Assembly (NCBI GenBank): GCA_002104905.1 | Contig: MCFE01000174.1 | Span: 62,001-126,000 of the forward strand | Source of the DNA: Basidiobolus meristosporus CBS 931.73 | Lineage: Eukaryota; Fungi; Basidiobolomycota | Direction: 5' to 3' | DNA length: 64,000 nt | Part shown: piece after piece, positions 61,365-64,000 of the stretch | Layout: each line of letters opens with the position of its first letter | Position numbering within the stretch: position 1 is the first letter of the stretch | Position numbers and translations under genes: made by a program | Notes under the pieces: generated by a model | Databases searched by the model: none | What the model was told of the DNA's origin: nothing | The model's input: the letters and a program-made list of their open reading frames with translations, nothing else

Positions 61365-62207
61365 TTAGCGGCTCAGCCTAATTCTTCGGTCGAATGGATA
61401 GTCGTTTCTGGCCATTCCACGAATTTGTCGCTTCAGCAGAAGATCAGGGTGTGCCAAAGATCGGTGGCCTTCGGATATCGTGGAAAAATGGTCCGTCTGG
61501 CCAGATATGCCCATCCAATGCCAGAAAGGGCGGCTTTCTTTTGTAAAACCGCCTGTATGCTCCAATGAGCACCCGGCTTCTACCATTAGCCGACGTAGGC
61601 GTTTCGCCTATGGATTTGAGTCGACTTTCTGGATTCATTTAGCGTACATTGAGCGGCTTGCAACAACTCGTCGACGCGAGGTTTGTGGGCCTCGCCAACC
61701 GCAATGCAAATGAATCGATGGCCAGTGAAACGACTCCGTGCATTGTGTTTCCAATGGGGTTTCGAACCCATCCAAGAGCGTGTGCATGCTCATAACCTGC
61801 GTATGGCACTCGCTGTTGAGTTCGCTGTACAGTTTCAGGAAGCAACTATGAAAGCCCACCACCCATTCATAATGTCTCTTGACATTAGGTCTCCTACATA
61901 TTTACTCTGGGTGCGTGATCGGGCCGCCACAGTAGTCCAGGACAAAGCATGTCTAATCTCTTGTCTCCATGCGCCTGCAGTTGAAGAGGATCGAGGATCA
62001 ATCGCTAATTAGCACCATCAATTTAACTATACCTTGCCACGATCGATGACGAAAGATAATCGAAGCATCTAATGGAGTTACTTCGCAGCTCCCGTTGGCG
62101 CTTGCGCTAGACGTAGCCCCTATTTGCGATACGTAGACTGCATTGGAGTAAGGATCCTGAAAATAGAAAAGAGTGGGGTCTGCTGGCCAGCTCTGGGGAG
62201 ACTCCAT
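61365..62207 (-). CDS. Possible hypothetical gene, not resolved
   Basis: ATG ORF MESPQSWPADPTLFYFQDPY followed by a GT..AG tract; no consistent downstream frame recovered. Confidence 0.25.
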
Positions 62208-62879
62208 GGTTTAAAATTACTGCCCTGGCGCGATTTTGCATAAACCATCCTGGTAAATAGAGTATTTGCAGCTTTCATGTATTCATATAAACGCTATGTA
62301 AGCATCCTACCGGAAAGCCTTGCCATTTCATTTGGTCAGCGAGTGTGGTCTTCGAATCCTCTACCCACCTCAGTCTCGAAGATCAGTAGCGCTCCTTAAT
62401 TCTGTTTTGAGGTCAAGTTGACATCCCTGTGGATTCTACATGCCACACTATTGAGTTGGGGCATGCGTGAGTACCGGCTAGTAGAACTTGGATCTGACTC
62501 CAGGGTGAACCATTTCCTACCAATCGATCCCATCGTTTCATGGGGGCTCAATGCTCACATTATTCCCTGGACATCAATGCCATTCATCCGTTATCCTCCG
62601 ATATCTTGTTTCATACCTTCAGACATTGCACCTGTGAACCACGAATCAAATAGGAAAATAACAGGACATGGCAGAGGAATGATGAGACACAATGGTAATT
62701 TCCAGCGGATTTCTGGGATTTGATAGTGATTGCGCATGGTCGAAGCTAGGGAGTTGGTAGGATCAATCCATCCTTCAGTTACTGTATTCGAGGATCAGGG
62801 TTTGGATTATCCAATCAACCCACAGGCTTTACATCCGTACAGCATAATGAAGTAGCAGGATAGTTCACAAATCCATGGC

Positions 62880-63840
62880 GTGATTCATCAGGAGGTTCGC
62901 CGTTTGATGGTATGGTCTGAGAGAGGGCGCCATTTCCGCGGCCTGGAGAGTGAGGCAATTCCATCGGAAATACGTTTTAGGATCTGCCAACTTACTAGGC
63001 GCCTGGCCTATGATCAGGTGTGTCGTGTGAAGCAAAAGACTGCTACCAATCCTGGTCCATCTCGATCCATGCCTCGAGGCGGGCGCAAAATCGATCGGGA
63101 ATCTATGGCATGCAATGGGCTGTTGGCTGCTCGCTGGATCAGACCTTCAAGCTTGTGATCCACTGTATTCTGCACCACGTAGCATCGGCTACGTCCGGAT
63201 TGGCTTCCGTAGTAGCAATCGCTCCGCCTTGGGTTGGGGATCACTGGATGTCTTGGGAAGGCTCATATCATTCGTAAGCGGAAGGGAGCAGACATCAACA
63301 CTGATCATCGGCTACATGACCAAGTGCCTAGCGAGGCAAGTAAAGTAGCTGGGCTGCAGGAATGATCTGGCCGAGGCTGGCCTTACTATGGAAAAATCTA
63401 TCGTCTCCTTGATGGGAACACACGCGATCCTTCCTTTACGCTTGCACTCCAAGGCGTCGTACTTTGTCAAGCCGAGTGCGATTTCCTTATGTAGCCTAGG
63501 TGGATTAACCACATTGTGCAATATTGGTGATGGCAACTTAAAACACCATTCAGAAGAGATCCTAGGTTGTACTCAGACTCTAATTACACAATTAACAGCC
63601 AGCCTGTTAATCGTGGCTTCGCCATCTCCTGAGCATCCAGTATGGTGCACTTGAATACCATCTTCCGCCTAAAGTTTCCATGGCTTCTATTATTACCAAG
63701 CCTGCACAGGTTCAATCTGCCGTGCGGGAGAATCCTCATCAATACTGGTTTTCCAAAGAAGCAAGGCGGTACCGCCAAGAGGTTCCTGCACCACAGAAGG
63801 CTTCAGCCAAGAAGTCACACAATTATTCACGTTCGTAGAT
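62880..63840. other. CpG-normal sequence with protein-like ORF pieces, unresolved
   Basis: Several 70-90 codon open frames on both strands; no recognisable domain. Confidence 0.2.
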
Positions 63841-64000
63841 TGCTCTTATCGACCGTGACACCACACACTTGAATTTCCAGCAAATCACTTCATTGGCCCG
63901 CGGATGCTTCCCCAATCTAGCCTATCGTATCGTGGCAGCATTCTGTAAAATGTAGGGTGACCTGTCATAAAATAGTCTTTAGCTTCCAATTCTGCAGGTT

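Noticed and set aside
1-64000. CRISPR array, tRNA or rRNA genes
   Set aside because: No repeat-spacer periodicity with unique spacers and no cloverleaf/T-loop or rRNA signature seen; the sequence is eukaryotic

Overview
Eukaryotic, almost certainly fungal DNA (short GT-AG introns; conserved CDC27, alpha-arrestin, METTL14, RSPRY1-like and HIRIP3-like genes) in two sharply different compartments. (1) About 1-42 kb is an AT-rich, strongly CpG-depleted block of nested transposons. It holds two Ty1/copia families with anticodon-type tRNA-iMet primer sites, one of them a very young copy with near-identical LTRs but dead catalytic motifs. It also holds Ty3/gypsy remnants, solo LTRs, two MITE families and fragments of a probable CACTA-like DNA transposon. 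(2) About 42-64 kb is a CpG-normal, compact gene island whose first large gene encodes a 1034-aa secreted Gly/Pro/Asn/Tyr repeat protein with resilin/silk-like architecture. The architecture resembles the TE-inflated genomes of early-diverging fungi such as Entomophthorales, but that is inference. The best candidates for novelty are the putative elastomeric secreted protein, the CpG-directed TE erosion readable from sibling copies, a recombined three-LTR composite and an unusual CCCTA-ended MITE family. All alignments, counts and intron calls were done by eye.
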